Assembly: GCA_963840855.1 (NCBI GenBank)
Contig: CAWJBB010000027.1
Location: 96,001 to 160,000 of the forward strand
Source of the DNA: an uncultured delta proteobacterium
GTDB taxonomy: Bacteria > Desulfobacterota > Binatia > UBA9968
Length of the DNA stretch: 64,000 nt
Reading direction: 5' to 3'
Shown: positions 1 through 12,871 of the stretch, piece after piece
Layout: each line of letters starts with the position of its first letter
Numbering within the stretch: position 1 is the first letter of the stretch
Translations under genes and position numbers: made by a program
The notes under the pieces: model-generated
Database searches by the model: none
What the model was told of the DNA's origin: nothing
The model's input: only the letters and a program-made list of their open reading frames with translations

Positions 1-1448
1 CTTCGGCGCGAATCTCATCGGCGATTTCCCTAGCCATGGCGTCGATCTGCTTTTCGTCTTCACCTTCGAGCATGACCCGCGCCAGCATCTCCGTGCCGGA
101 ATAGCGCACCAACGTGCGCCCACGCCCGTCGAGCGCCGCTTCCACGGTTTGGATCTTGTGGCTTACGCCGGGCATCGCCTCGAAATCTCTTTTCTCCCTT
201 ATCTTGACGTTGACCAGCACCTGCGGCAAGCGCGTCATCACGCGGTTCAGTTCGCTCAGCCGCCGGCCCTTTTCGATCATCAACGCAAGCAGCTGCAAGC
301 AGGTAATCGCGCCGTCGCCCGTGGTGTTGTGATCCAAGAACAAAATATGGCCGGATTGCTCACCGCCGAGATTGTAGCCATCCCGCAACATGCGCTCCAC
401 AACGTAACGGTCGCCGACTTCGGTGCGCACGAGTCGAACACCCAGAGGTTTGAGCGCCAGCTCCAATCCAAGATTGCTCATCACCGTGGCGACCACGGTT
501 TGGCCCTTCAGAGTGCCTTTCTCGCGCATATCCTTGGCGCAGATCGCGAGAATCTGATCGCCGTCCAGAATATCGCCCGTCTCGTCCACGAAAACCGCGC
601 GGTCCGCGTCGCCGTCCAGCGATACCGCAAAGTCGGCGTGTTCATGGAGCAAAACATCCCGCGCCGATTCCGGGTAGCAGTGCGCCGCAACTACGGTTAA
701 TATTTTCGCCGTCGGGCTGAACGCCGATGGGAATCACATTCGCGCCAAGCTCGGACAGCACCTCGGGAACCACTCGGTAAGCGGCGCCATGGCCGCAGTC
801 CACGACAATGCGCAACCCTTCGAGGGTCAGATGGCGCGGAAAAGTATTCTTGAGAAAAACCACGTAGCGGCCCACGGAATCGGAAATCCGGAACGCCTTG
901 CCGATTTTGGAAGCCGTCGGCCGGTTCTCCTCGGTCTCGCCGTTGAAAATCATCTCTTCCATGCGCGCCTCGACATCGTCGGGCAGCTTGAACCCGTCCC
1001 AGGAAAAAAACTTGATCCCGTTGTCCTGATAGGGATTATGTGAGGCCGAGATTACCACGCCGGCGTCGGCGCGCATGCTGCGCGTGAGAAACGCCACACC
1101 TGGCGTCGGCATTGGACCGACCAGCAAAACATCGGCGCCCCTGGAACAAATGCCCGAGGCCAGGGCGGTCTCGAGCATATAGCCGGAAACGCGGGTGTCC
1201 TTGCCGATAAGAATCTTATAGCGGTGCTCCGTATCGCCGCTGAGGATCTTCGACCAGGACGGAGGCTTGGACCGCCCCGATCCTTCCCGAGGTTGGGCCA
1301 CCGGATCATGCAGCACCAACGAGACAGCACGCCCCAATTTTAGCGCCATCTCCGAGGTCATCGGGTCCTGGTTGGCTATGCCGCGCACTCCGTCGGTGCC
1401 AAAAATATGACGTTTCGCTTTATTTGGTTTAGGCTGGCTCTGCAACAT
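1..1448 (-). CDS. glmM: Phosphoglucosamine mutase; one frameshift near 677; runs off the window start
   Basis: [16 protein letters not shown] and VVDCGHGA motifs. After a one-base shift near 677 the frame continues YPES...SLDGDADR. Lies downstream of cdaA-cdaR. Confidence 0.93.
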
Positions 1449-1578
1449 TGTCGTAGTCTCCCCTTAGCGTCGCTTATTTTTTTGTATCTTTAGGCTTCCA
1501 CGTGAGTAATCCGGCCAATGCTCTGTCAGCGCGCGGGACATTGTGGTGGAAACATCTCCACAGGAAACCCGGAAGAGC

Positions 1579-2508
1579 CTATGTTTTTGATTTCACGATA
1601 CGCACCTTGAACCGTTGTGGTTTCTGCTCCAGCACTTTGATATCCGGCGGCAAGTTGAAGCTCAACGGCAGCGAATGCTCGCCCGCCGCCAAGCCGTTAA
1701 GATCGAGGAAAACCTGGCCCGCACCGATTTCCATCTTTTCCAGTTCGTCACCCGGTCCCGTCAGACGCAGATAGACCGACTTGGGATTTATACTATACTC
1801 GCCGCCGCTGTTTTTTGCTTGTACTTCCACGGCGCGATATTCCTTCACGATCTGAGCCGCTTCCACCGTGACCGCCACCTCCACCTGGTCCGGCTCGAAG
1901 GCGACCGGCCTTCCGTCGGTTGATAGCCGAACCGTCCGCTTAGTCACACCGCGCCCTGGTTCGATTTCTATGGGCAGGGTCTCCGCCAACGCCAGACCGC
2001 GCACGTCGTCAGCCGGTCCCTGCACCGAAACGCGTTCCGGCTTCACCGACGTGGCGGCGACCTTGAACGCGACGGGGAGCTTGTTGGCGAAGCGCACGGT
2101 CACCGGCAGCACCCTTTTAAGTACTGGCTCAATGCGCAGATTGACCACCGGCGGCGTGATGCGCGAAACCGTAACGCCCCGCGGGATATTGAGGGAACTG
2201 CTGCTCAGGGGAAAACTTCCCGATCCCGGCTTTGCCGTGCTGAGATCCAAGCCGAGCTTGAGCGTCTCCGCGTCGAAGGTGGAAACTAATGTGCGCGGCC
2301 CCGACAACCGTAACACGACAAAGTCAACGCGGTGGTCCATGACCATCAGGCCACGCGGGACATTACGAATTTCCACCGGCACCTCGACGGACCGCTCGAT
2401 ATCGCGTTGCCCCGCGAGCCATAGACCCACGGCAATAATCAGCGCCAGGACTTTGAGCCCCAGGTTGCTGCCGGCGAGGGCGACGATTTTTTCCCACAGA
2501 GCTTTCAT
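1579..2508 (-). CDS. cdaR: CdaR/YbbR-like diadenylate cyclase regulator
   Basis: N-terminal TM (LKVLALIIAVGLWL) and repeated YbbR-like beta segments. ATG at 2508 overlaps the cdaA stop. Confidence 0.85.
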   Translation of the reverse strand: MKALWEKIVALAGSNLGLKVLALIIAVGLWLAGQRDIERSVEVPVEIRNVPRGLMVMDHRVDFVVLRLSGPRTLVSTFDAETLKLGLDLSTAKPGSGSFPLSSSSLNIPRGVTVSRITPPVVNLRIEPVLKRVLPVTVRFANKLPVAFKVAATSVKPERVSVQGPADDVRGLALAETLPIEIEPGRGVTKRTVRLSTDGRPVAFEPDQVEVAVTVEAAQIVKEYRAVEVQAKNSGGEYSINPKSVYLRLTGPGDELEKMEIGAGQVFLDLNGLAAGEHSLPLSFNLPPDIKVLEQKPQRFKVRIVKSKT

Positions 2509-3263
2509 GGGCGAACCAGGTCGCGCAGGGCGGCGCGCAACCGCTGGTCGTCCATATTCTCCGTCACGTTGCCGCCCACGACCAGCGCTACGGTTCCTTC
2601 CTGTTCTGATACCACGACCGCAACGGCGTCGGTCTCTTCGGTGACACCGAGGGCCGCGCGATGGCGGGTGCCCCAGCTCTTGCGCAAGTTGGGGTTGGTG
2701 CTCAACGGCAGAACACAACGCACCGCCGTCACCCGGCCTTTTTGAATCACTAGCGCGCCGTCATGAATCGGCGAATGGGGCAGAAAAACACTGATGATCA
2801 ACTCGCGGCTGACCCGGGCGTCGAGGCGGGTGCCGATTTCCATATATTCGTTAAGCCCCACATCGCGCTCCAGCACCACCAAGGCGCCGACCTTTTTTTC
2901 CGCCAGCGCCAACCCCGCTTGAACGATCTCGTCGATGACATCTTCGCGCCGCTGGACCATGCGTTCCACCGTGCTGAAACGCGGCGCTGCTCCCACCTGG
3001 GTCAGAGCGCGCCGGATATCGCTCTGAAAAATCACGATGATGACGAGTATGATCGAGCCGAGAAAGTTGTCGAGGACCCAGTTGAGGGTGAAAAGCCCCA
3101 ACGCCCGCGACACTACAAACGCCAGCATGATCACCGCCAAGCCCGTAACCATCTGCATGGCACGGCTGCCACGGAGAATTTGCAGCAGGCGGTAAACCAG
3201 GAACGTGATAATCCCGATATCGATGCCGTCCTGCCAGCGTAGTTGGCCGATGATCTCAGGCAT
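2505..3263 (-). CDS. cdaA: Diadenylate cyclase CdaA (DacA)
   Basis: Three N-terminal TMs. DisA_N motifs HDGA and GTRHRAA, plus VVSE. Confidence 0.93.
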   Translation of the reverse strand: MPEIIGQLRWQDGIDIGIITFLVYRLLQILRGSRAMQMVTGLAVIMLAFVVSRALGLFTLNWVLDNFLGSIILVIIVIFQSDIRRALTQVGAAPRFSTVERMVQRREDVIDEIVQAGLALAEKKVGALVVLERDVGLNEYMEIGTRLDARVSRELIISVFLPHSPIHDGALVIQKGRVTAVRCVLPLSTNPNLRKSWGTRHRAALGVTEETDAVAVVVSEQEGTVALVVGGNVTENMDDQRLRAALRDLVRP

Positions 3264-3273
3264 GTTAACGGCT

Positions 3274-4224
3274 CTAGGAAGCTCCCGGCCCGTAGCGGAG
3301 CGCATCCGCGACGCGCGCCGCACGCACCGTTGCTTCGACGTCATGCACCCGGAGAATATTGGCGCCGCCGAGCACCGCTGCGACCGCCGCCGCAAGACTC
3401 CCCTCGAGCCGATCTTCGGGGTCTACTCCGAGAATCTTACCAATGAAAGCCTTGCGCGACGCGCCGATCATTAGCGGCTGCCCCAGCGCCGCTAACGCCG
3501 GCAGGCTGCGGAGCAAGGCCAAGTTATGCTCCAGGGTCTTACCAAAGCCGATCCCCGGATCGATGATCACCGTCTCCTGGGCGACCCCGCGACCCATCGC
3601 TTCAGACAATTGGGCGGCGAGAAAATCCCTCACCTCGCCGACGACGTCGCCGTAGCGCGGCTCGACCTGCATCGTGCGCGGCGTTCCCTGCATATGCATC
3701 AGCACCACCGGCACTCGCTCGCGCGCGATAACGGAAATCATTTCGGCATCGAAGCGAAGTGCGCTAATATCGTTGACGATATCGGCGCCGGCTTCCAGGG
3801 CGGCCTGCGCCACCTTTGATTTGTAAGTGTCGATGGAAATCGGAATTTTTACTTCGCGGCGCAGCCCGCGCAGCACCGGCAAGACCCGCGCCAGTTCTTC
3901 ATCTTCTGAGACAGGGCGTGATCCCGGGCGCGTTGATTCGCCGCCGATATCGAGAACCTCCGCCCCAGATTCGACCATCGCCACACCATCGGCGACCGCC
4001 CGGCTTACGTCTTCCCGCCGCCCGCCATCGTAGAACGAGTCAGGAGTGATGTTTAGTATACCCATGACGGTGGTTCGGCGCGAAAAGTCGAGCTTGCCAT
4101 GCCGCGTTGATAAGCACGCGCGCTCTCCCGAAGCGGCGTGCGGCAAAGCTGTGAACCGGTTGATCAACTGGTTTATCTGCTGTGGATTTTGCTCGCCCAT
4201 GCCCGACTCAACGGCCATTTCCAA
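3274..4224 (-). CDS. folP: Dihydropteroate synthase
   Basis: MGILNITPDSFYDGG, DIGGESTRPG, DPGIGFGK, SRK and RVHDV motifs. Start uncertain. Confidence 0.95.
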   Translation of the reverse strand: MEMAVESGMGEQNPQQINQLINRFTALPHAASGERACLSTRHGKLDFSRRTTVMGILNITPDSFYDGGRREDVSRAVADGVAMVESGAEVLDIGGESTRPGSRPVSEDEELARVLPVLRGLRREVKIPISIDTYKSKVAQAALEAGADIVNDISALRFDAEMISVIARERVPVVLMHMQGTPRTMQVEPRYGDVVGEVRDFLAAQLSEAMGRGVAQETVIIDPGIGFGKTLEHNLALLRSLPALAALGQPLMIGASRKAFIGKILGVDPEDRLEGSLAAAVAAVLGGANILRVHDVEATVRAARVADALRYGPGAS

Positions 4225-4356
4225 AGCGCTGAATTGTCGAAAAAACAGACCCGGCGGGTGCGGGATTCCGTCGCCGCCGCAAGATCCCCACCTCCGTCAA
4301 AAGAGCTTGAGCTTGAATTGGAAGGGAGCTGAAGTTAGCCCCCGGTGAGAAAAAGC

Positions 4357-6195
<1,839 letters not shown>

Positions 6196-6269
6196 CGAAT
6201 TCCTCCGTGTGCAACAAACGAAAAAAGTCTAACACACGCCTAGTAATCGATCAATAACGCCTCGATCTT

Positions 6270-7691
6270 TCAGCGGTCCTGGCAATTCACTTGAACGCGC
6301 AGGACTGCCTTGGTGTCGGGACCGACTCGGCCGATCTCGCTTCTGCCATAGCCGGGAAGCCAGAGCACTTCACCGCCCATGACGAGTAGCGGCAACAGGG
6401 CGCGCGCCGGCAAAGGCGCCTTTTTTTCGATAAAGAGCTCTTTTACCTTCCTGTGGCCCGCCATGCCCAGCGGCCGGAACCGGTCGCCCCGGCGAAAATT
6501 GCGCACGACTAACGGTTCCGTCAAGGCAGTGCCGTCGAAAACCGCCTCCCAGTGATCCTTGGGCAGCTCGGCCGGTGGATTCGACAACCGCTGGCAGTCC
6601 ATCGTCATGCCCGCCTCAGGCAGCGCCAATTCTCCGTCGATTACCAAAGAGTACGCATAACAGCGCGGTTTAGATTTGCCCGCCGCTTTGGCCAGCCGCA
6701 GCGTCTCGTACTCTCGGATCACCTCCCAGCCGCCGGGAATCGACAGCCGACTTTGCGGCGGGCCATCGGCAATAAGACCGAGAAGCGCTTCAACATGATC
6801 GAAATCGAGGCTACGGAGATGGCCGCGAGCCTGCTCGATCCAGAGACGAAGCATCCGGCGCTGCATGGCTTTGGGCTGGCGCAACAACCCACCGCGGCGC
6901 AGCCCTGATTTTGTGCGCAGTTGCTCAAGCTCCTTTAGTGCCAACCCGTTTAGGAGGATTTCCTCAGCGCGCAACACCTCCGCCGTTTGAGCCAACCTGG
7001 AAGGCACGCCTACGTCGAACCGCTCCTTGAGCCGCGGCATCAATTCAAAGCGAATCCAGTTGCGCAGAAAAGCGGTATCCTCGTTACTTCGGTCGAGGCG
7101 ATACGCAAGACCGTTGCGCTTGAGAAAGTCCAAAAGCTCTTCTTTGGTGGCACCCAACAACGGGCGAATGATCGTTACGCCGTTGGACGACTCAGCGCCG
7201 GCGACATTAACGGGTTGACCCGGTGCGATCCCGCCAAGCCCCTTTCGCCCGGAGCCGCGTAAAAGCCGCATGAGCACCGTTTCCGCCTGATCGTCCTGGG
7301 TGTGCGCAGTGGCAATCTTGTTGAGGTTCCGTCGCCGCGCGACTTCGGCGAAGAAGCGCAACCGTTCGAGGCGCGCCAGCTCTTCAAGATTACCCCTGCC
7401 GGCTTGAGACCGCAGGCGCGGGACGCTCACTTCCTTGATATGAACCGGCAGATTTAGCCGTTCCGCCAACCCTCGCACAAACCGCGCATCTTCTTTCGCC
7501 TCCTCGCCGCGAAGCCCATGCTCCAGGTGCGCCACTTCAAGGTGTAGACCTAACTCGTCTTGGAGGTTGTAAAGGACATGCAGCAGCGCCACCGAATCCG
7601 GCCCCCCGGAGACGGCAACGAGCACGCGGTCGCCAAGGGAAATCAATTGCGATTTCCGAATCACTTTTTTAAATTTTTCCTGGATAGCCAT
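6270..7691 (-). CDS. tilS: tRNA(Ile)-lysidine synthetase
   Basis: PP-loop SGGPDS, TAHTQDDQAET, IIRPLL and C-terminal GDRF...KVKELF. Adjacent to ftsH. Confidence 0.95.
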   Translation of the reverse strand: MAIQEKFKKVIRKSQLISLGDRVLVAVSGGPDSVALLHVLYNLQDELGLHLEVAHLEHGLRGEEAKEDARFVRGLAERLNLPVHIKEVSVPRLRSQAGRGNLEELARLERLRFFAEVARRRNLNKIATAHTQDDQAETVLMRLLRGSGRKGLGGIAPGQPVNVAGAESSNGVTIIRPLLGATKEELLDFLKRNGLAYRLDRSNEDTAFLRNWIRFELMPRLKERFDVGVPSRLAQTAEVLRAEEILLNGLALKELEQLRTKSGLRRGGLLRQPKAMQRRMLRLWIEQARGHLRSLDFDHVEALLGLIADGPPQSRLSIPGGWEVIREYETLRLAKAAGKSKPRCYAYSLVIDGELALPEAGMTMDCQRLSNPPAELPKDHWEAVFDGTALTEPLVVRNFRRGDRFRPLGMAGHRKVKELFIEKKAPLPARALLPLLVMGGEVLWLPGYGRSEIGRVGPDTKAVLRVQVNCQDR

Positions 7692-7764
7692 TGCTGGTAA
7701 AACATCCAAGAAAAAGCTTGCTAGGTTTAGGTCGGCAAATCAAGTGGAAATGTGAGCTAGCGAT

Positions 7765-7950
7765 CTAGGGGAGTTCGCATCCACTAAGCACTACAAGATT
7801 GGCTTTGAGATCCATCCCGAAGATCTCTCTTACTTCGAGCCTGCCGTCTTCTTTGTCGCTCTTGGCGAGAAGAATTGCTGAGGCGAGTGGATCGTTTTCG
7901 CTGAGCTCCGCGTGTGTGGCAAAATGAAGAATGTCGTGCCGGCGTGATAG
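7765..7950 (-). pseudogene. CHAT protease catalytic-core remnant without a start codon
   Basis: Manual translation gives HDILHFATHAELSENDPLASAILLAKSDKEDGRLEVREIFGMDLKANLVVLSGCELP*, containing the CHAT His and Cys motifs. Confidence 0.8.
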
Positions 7951-7972
7951 GCGTTGAGCAAGAGGGCGGGGA

Positions 7973-10039
7973 TCACTTGAGGTCGAAGGCGATTAGCTCG
8001 TAATCCGGCTCGTGTTCCGATATATACCTCGCCGCCCTCACCTCGGCAACCTTGACGATAAACTTCGCCTCCGGAGCGTACCATAAGTGGTGGACCGTCA
8101 AGGTGTCATCAAGAGTCTGGCAACTACCAACACGACACTCCACTTCATAGGAAGTCTCCTCGATCTTGAATGTGCCAAATGGACCAGCAGGCGTGTTGAT
8201 TGTTTCGGTCCCGAGGACTTTAAAGCTGAATTCCCGCGACACCGACGCCTGCTGGGTCGCCCCCGGAAGACTAAACTGTGTTCTATACCGAAATCCCCAC
8301 GTCTTGTTGGCCGCTAACGGAAACTCCATGGTCCGCCGCCTTAACAGGGACGTACGCACCTCTTTCCCATCCTCGGGAGTTACTTGCTTTATCAATACCA
8401 AGTTCTGATCATAATACCGCCAGAGGTCCAATCCCCACTCGAAAACATACTGATCCTTCTCAATGGCACGGACGATCCGGGGAGATGTTCGACCGTCAGC
8501 AAAGCGCACAGTCCACGAATCGCCAACCTTATATTTAGGCATCTCAGCAACCGTAGGAAGAACTACAGGGGGACGAGAGATAGATGCAGGCGGTTGTAGC
8601 TGGGCAATGACCTGCGCCTGAGAAGCTTTGCTAGCCTCCCCACCCTTCTCCTTTCGCTCTGCCTCAAGCCGCGCTTCCTCTGTCCGGGCCTTCTCTTTAG
8701 CAATCCGCTCCTCCGCCGCCTGTAGACGCGCCCGCTCCATCTCGAGATTGGCCAATTCAACCTTTGCTGCTTCCTCAACCTGGCGTTTGTGTTCGATCTC
8801 TCGTTGCGCTTGTTCTGAACGGGCCTTTTCCCTGGCGAGCCGTTCTTCCTCTTCCTTAAAACGTAGACGTTCAGCTTCAAGCTTGGCGAGTCCAGCCTTG
8901 GATTCTTCCTCGGCTCGTAGCCTGCGTTCGACAGCTTGACGGGCCTCTTCTGTGCGGGCTTTCTCCACAGCAAGTCGTTCCGCCTCCGCTTTAAGAAGCA
9001 CCCGCTCCGCCTCCAGCTTCGCTAACTCAATCCTCTGCTTCTCCTCCTGAAGCTTCCGCTGCTCCTCAAATAAGGCTCTTTCCTGTCTGAACCTCGCCAC
9101 CTCCTCCCTGAGCCTCTCCCGCTCATCTGAAACCGCTGCTACAGACGGCTGCTGCCTCCCGGGGAGCACAAACACAAACTGTCCCTCGCCATCTAAACGA
9201 CTGTATTGCGGATGCTGCCGATCCTGTGAATCCCGCACCACACGACTCTCCAGCCATGTCGCCAGCTCCTGAGCCGTAACTATCCCGTTCTGATCTGTAT
9301 CCGCCGGACCCGTTAGCCCATGAAGCATCCGCCGGGTAAACAGACCATGCCCTTCCTCCTCCGATACCTGCTCGCCTTTGCGCCCCGCTGTGATAATCTG
9401 CACCGCAGGCTCCTTGGTCACAGATTCTAAATACAGAGCGTCTACCTTGGTTGGAGAAACATCCCGGGTAATGGTAAATCCCGAATAACAGGCATCCACA
9501 GCAAAAAGAACGTGCTTGGCCGGAATCCTGCGGGCAATCTTCCTTATGTCCTCCATGGCTATCGCCGTGAGCGGCAAATCCTCGGGATCTCCATCCACGG
9601 GCAGCAGAAACCCTTCGTCTCCCCCCCGTGGAAGTGAGGACGTAAGTCCATGACCTGCAAAGAAAACCAGGACCCGATCCTCCGCAGTCGTCCTGCGTAA
9701 CGTGCCGTAGAGGAGTTGCTCTATCCTCTGCTTCGTTGCTTCCTCATCCAAAAGGAGCAGTATCTTGTCCGAAGCAAAGCCAAGTTGCTGCGCTGCGGCT
9801 ACGATGCTCTTGGCATCGTTCACTGCGTAGTTGAGTCGCGGCGCCTTGGTGTAACGATCAATCCCGATGACCACGGCCCAGGAGGCGCGATACTGTACGA
9901 TACCGGAGGCGACAATCCCTCCAACCCCTCGCTCGGCGGCTGACTGTGCAGCTTGAGCCATCCCGGAGGAAAAAAGAACAAACAAGAGCACTGAGCCAAG
10001 GATATAGAGCCAATTCCTGGTAAGAATTAAATAGCTCAT
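7973..10039 (-). CDS. Exported caspase-like (peptidase C14) protein with long coiled coil and C-terminal beta-rich domain
   Basis: Signal peptide ending ...GMAQA. WAVVIGID motif, catalytic FFAGHG and VDACYSG, E/R/A-rich coiled coil. Confidence 0.88.
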   Translation of the reverse strand: MSYLILTRNWLYILGSVLLFVLFSSGMAQAAQSAAERGVGGIVASGIVQYRASWAVVIGIDRYTKAPRLNYAVNDAKSIVAAAQQLGFASDKILLLLDEEATKQRIEQLLYGTLRRTTAEDRVLVFFAGHGLTSSLPRGGDEGFLLPVDGDPEDLPLTAIAMEDIRKIARRIPAKHVLFAVDACYSGFTITRDVSPTKVDALYLESVTKEPAVQIITAGRKGEQVSEEEGHGLFTRRMLHGLTGPADTDQNGIVTAQELATWLESRVVRDSQDRQHPQYSRLDGEGQFVFVLPGRQQPSVAAVSDERERLREEVARFRQERALFEEQRKLQEEKQRIELAKLEAERVLLKAEAERLAVEKARTEEARQAVERRLRAEEESKAGLAKLEAERLRFKEEEERLAREKARSEQAQREIEHKRQVEEAAKVELANLEMERARLQAAEERIAKEKARTEEARLEAERKEKGGEASKASQAQVIAQLQPPASISRPPVVLPTVAEMPKYKVGDSWTVRFADGRTSPRIVRAIEKDQYVFEWGLDLWRYYDQNLVLIKQVTPEDGKEVRTSLLRRRTMEFPLAANKTWGFRYRTQFSLPGATQQASVSREFSFKVLGTETINTPAGPFGTFKIEETSYEVECRVGSCQTLDDTLTVHHLWYAPEAKFIVKVAEVRAARYISEHEPDYELIAFDLK

Positions 10040-10126
10040 CTTGAGTCCACTTTAAGCTTATACGCTGAAAACTCAATCCCTCACTGGACGCTATATCGCC
10101 TAAGCCCTGTGAATTCCAGATCCCGT

Positions 10127-12871
10127 TTATTTGTGATGAAAACTCACTGCTCTCACCACCGACCCTGTCCCTGTCACCACATCGGTCACTTTCTGAATCT
10201 TCTTCCCGTCGCTCAGCGTGTACGTCACCGCCTGCCCTTTCGTGATCCCGCCGACGCCGCGCTGCATGACGGCGATGCGTTCTTTGATCTCTCGCGACGC
10301 GCGTTTGTGGCCGGCTTCGCTGCCACCTTCCATCTGCGCCAGCAGACCGCGGATGTCGGTCATCGGCTTTTCCGAGGCGAGCACGTAGATCGTCTCTGTG
10401 CCGGTATGTTCGTCCAGCCAGAACCACAGGTCCCTTGCCGGCACCACGACCTTTCGTCCGCCGTCGACGGAGCCGGACTGATTGATTTTCGGGTCGGGAA
10501 AAATCTGGCCCGCTTTGCTCTGGCTGTCGTACAGTAGAATGTACACGTACGCGGGGCGGTTCGATTCCAGATGAACCTGGAAATTATCACCTGAGCGCAA
10601 TACGCTGCCCTCGCTGACAATGATCTCGGAATAACCGCCATCAGCCTCTTTTCTCTGGCCGATGATGTTCATGCTCAAACGCAGCGGCGCGGCGACCGCG
10701 GCGGGCGCGGGCTCCTGAACAACAGCTATTTCTGGTTTGGCTGGCGCTGTGGGTGCCGTTTCTTGGGGCTTGGCCGCTATAGGAGCGGACTCTTTACTTT
10801 TCACGGCAAGCACCGGTGTCGGCTCTTTAGGCGCCGCGTCCTTCGCCTTCGCAACCTGCGGCGCTTCCTTCACCTCCGTCGGCGCGGGCGCGCTCTTCGT
10901 TTCGGCTTGTTCCGGCAGCGCAGTTTTTGTTTCAGGCGCCGGCGCGGAGACGATTTCCTTCTGCGCTTCTTCGCTGGGAGTAAATAATTGGTAACCGAAG
11001 TATCCAAGAACGAGCAGCAACGCTACCACGGCCGGATAAACATATGGAGAACGTCTCGCCGGCGTGGGCACGGGCTTCGGCGGCTCTTCGCCGCGGATCA
11101 CCTGCGCCCACTCCACGGGCGCGGCTGCGCGCGGCGGCGGAGCGACGGAGACTTCGATCTCGGCGGAGGCGAACTCGAAAGTCGGGTCGCCGTAGAGCAT
11201 ATACGTCGCCCAGACGATGGTCTCTTCGCCGTAGGCATCGATCAGTTCCAATCGGGCGCGGCGCACCGCTTCGCCGACTTTCACGCCTTGGGCGAGGAAA
11301 CTATAGAACCGTTTGGCGAAGTAGCCGCTCGGTTCGTCGAGAATTTCCCAGAAGGTGCCGATGTAATGCTGTACGCCGGCAAGCAGATAGGCATTGGCGA
11401 GGCCAAAGATCTCCTGCTCGAAACCGTCGTGAATCTGCCACTCGCCGGTCTGGCCGGTTTGACAGGCATTGGAAAAAACCAGCGAAGGCATGGGCTGGAG
11501 CCCGCCCATGGCCGAGATCTCGCTAGCCTTGAGCCGGCCGTCTTTTAAGAGCCAGCCACTCTCGGCGGGGTTGTCCGAATGATAATCGCCATGGCCGGCG
11601 TAGTGGACCACATCGTAGTCGCGCAGATTCTTTTTGACGAAGGGAATATCGACCGGCTGACTTTTGAAGTCGACATGAAACACCTCGCGCTTATCGTCGA
11701 GAAAGTTTTTGATCTCCATGCCTTCGCGGTAAGATGCGTCCAGATCGCCGCGCGGGTCGGCGAGGATTAAGACTTTGTAGGGCGCTTTGAGTGAGCGGTT
11801 TGAGAGCGCGGTCGGCGCCTGGCGGGTGCTGACGATCCGCCCCATGGCGAAGCGGCGGCAGAAAAACTGCTGGCCGTCGAACAGCAGCTCCCAGGGGATA
11901 TGAACCAGCTTGTCGTCGACGTAGAGGATCAGTTGGCGAGCTTGGGTCGCGCCGATCTTTTCCCGCGCCTTGGGCGGGATCAGCAGGTCGAAGAGAATCT
12001 GCCCGGACTTCTTAAGGCTGTCGAGTATCTCCGGTGTAACTTTGGCGCGCCGGTTGGCCCGGTTGAGAAGGGTGATTACTTCGCGCCGGGTTGCATCGAT
12101 CTGGTCCCAAGCCACTTCGACATTTTCATAAGGACGCAGCGTTCTCTCGCCAGCGTCGCTCTTCTCGAAAACGCAAATTTTGACGCTACCGTTTTCTCGC
12201 GATGCCTCCAGGACGATCTCACCGCCTATGCCCGACTCGCGGCGCACTTTGCCGCGCACGGCTTGGCGCCGCTCTACGCCCGTCCACATCACTTGATAAA
12301 CTTTAATATCCTCTTCGATGCCTTTGACCTGAACCTTGTCGACAAATGTGCAAAGGGTGTCGCGTCCCGGCTGGAGCGTATCGTAAACCGCCTCCGAGAT
12401 AAGGATCTGTCCCGGAGCGGCCAGTGACTTAATCCTTTCAGCGGTGTTGACGACGATCCCGTATACATCGCTAACATCCACAAACCCAGGTCCAGTGTGG
12501 ATGCCAATACGAATAGGGATGTGATCCCGCTCTGGCCGCCCCTGCCTGTCACGAAAGAGCGCCTCCTGCATGCGCTCAGCGCAAGCTACCGCGGCCGGCG
12601 GGTTTTCAAATGACACCAACAAACCGTCGCCCATGGTTTTAATCAGCTTGCCTTGATGCTGAGCGACGAGCGGCAACAGGAGATCGTTGTGGCGCTGGAT
12701 CATCAACTGGCCCTCGATGTCGCCTCGCGTGGAGAAGAAAGCGGTCGAACCGACGATGTCGGTGTAAAGGATGGTCGTCGGTCGCTTGAAGCGCGTGTCG
12801 ATGATCGCGTCCAGCTCGTTTCTCTTTCTCAGGATCTCTTCGAGCTCGGTCGGTTTGTCTTTATCGCTCAC
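10127..12871 (-). CDS. Class III adenylate/guanylate cyclase - CHAT protease - TM - Pro/Ala linker - DUF4384-like fusion
   Basis: Cyclase motifs YTDIVGST, KTMGDG, DVYG, NTAER. CHAT motifs HYAGHG, FSNACQTG and LYGDP. TM YVYPAVVALLLVLGYFG. C-terminal AYVYIL...IFP...GTETIYVLAS resembles DUF4384. Confidence 0.85.
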   Translation of the reverse strand: MSDKDKPTELEEILRKRNELDAIIDTRFKRPTTILYTDIVGSTAFFSTRGDIEGQLMIQRHNDLLLPLVAQHQGKLIKTMGDGLLVSFENPPAAVACAERMQEALFRDRQGRPERDHIPIRIGIHTGPGFVDVSDVYGIVVNTAERIKSLAAPGQILISEAVYDTLQPGRDTLCTFVDKVQVKGIEEDIKVYQVMWTGVERRQAVRGKVRRESGIGGEIVLEASRENGSVKICVFEKSDAGERTLRPYENVEVAWDQIDATRREVITLLNRANRRAKVTPEILDSLKKSGQILFDLLIPPKAREKIGATQARQLILYVDDKLVHIPWELLFDGQQFFCRRFAMGRIVSTRQAPTALSNRSLKAPYKVLILADPRGDLDASYREGMEIKNFLDDKREVFHVDFKSQPVDIPFVKKNLRDYDVVHYAGHGDYHSDNPAESGWLLKDGRLKASEISAMGGLQPMPSLVFSNACQTGQTGEWQIHDGFEQEIFGLANAYLLAGVQHYIGTFWEILDEPSGYFAKRFYSFLAQGVKVGEAVRRARLELIDAYGEETIVWATYMLYGDPTFEFASAEIEVSVAPPPRAAAPVEWAQVIRGEEPPKPVPTPARRSPYVYPAVVALLLVLGYFGYQLFTPSEEAQKEIVSAPAPETKTALPEQAETKSAPAPTEVKEAPQVAKAKDAAPKEPTPVLAVKSKESAPIAAKPQETAPTAPAKPEIAVVQEPAPAAVAAPLRLSMNIIGQRKEADGGYSEIIVSEGSVLRSGDNFQVHLESNRPAYVYILLYDSQSKAGQIFPDPKINQSGSVDGGRKVVVPARDLWFWLDEHTGTETIYVLASEKPMTDIRGLLAQMEGGSEAGHKRASREIKERIAVMQRGVGGITKGQAVTYTLSDGKKIQKVTDVVTGTGSVVRAVSFHHK

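Noticed and set aside
660-690. glmM as a true pseudogene or programmed frameshift
   Set aside because: The gene is normally essential, both halves are conserved and no slippery sequence is evident. Similar single-base indels in hsdR (~42143) and hydantoinase A (~54092) point to sequencing error.
7830-8084. ORF-track proteins 7830-8084 and 14316-14867
   Set aside because: These are off-frame read-throughs overlapping the caspase 3' end. The meaningful content is the CHAT remnant.
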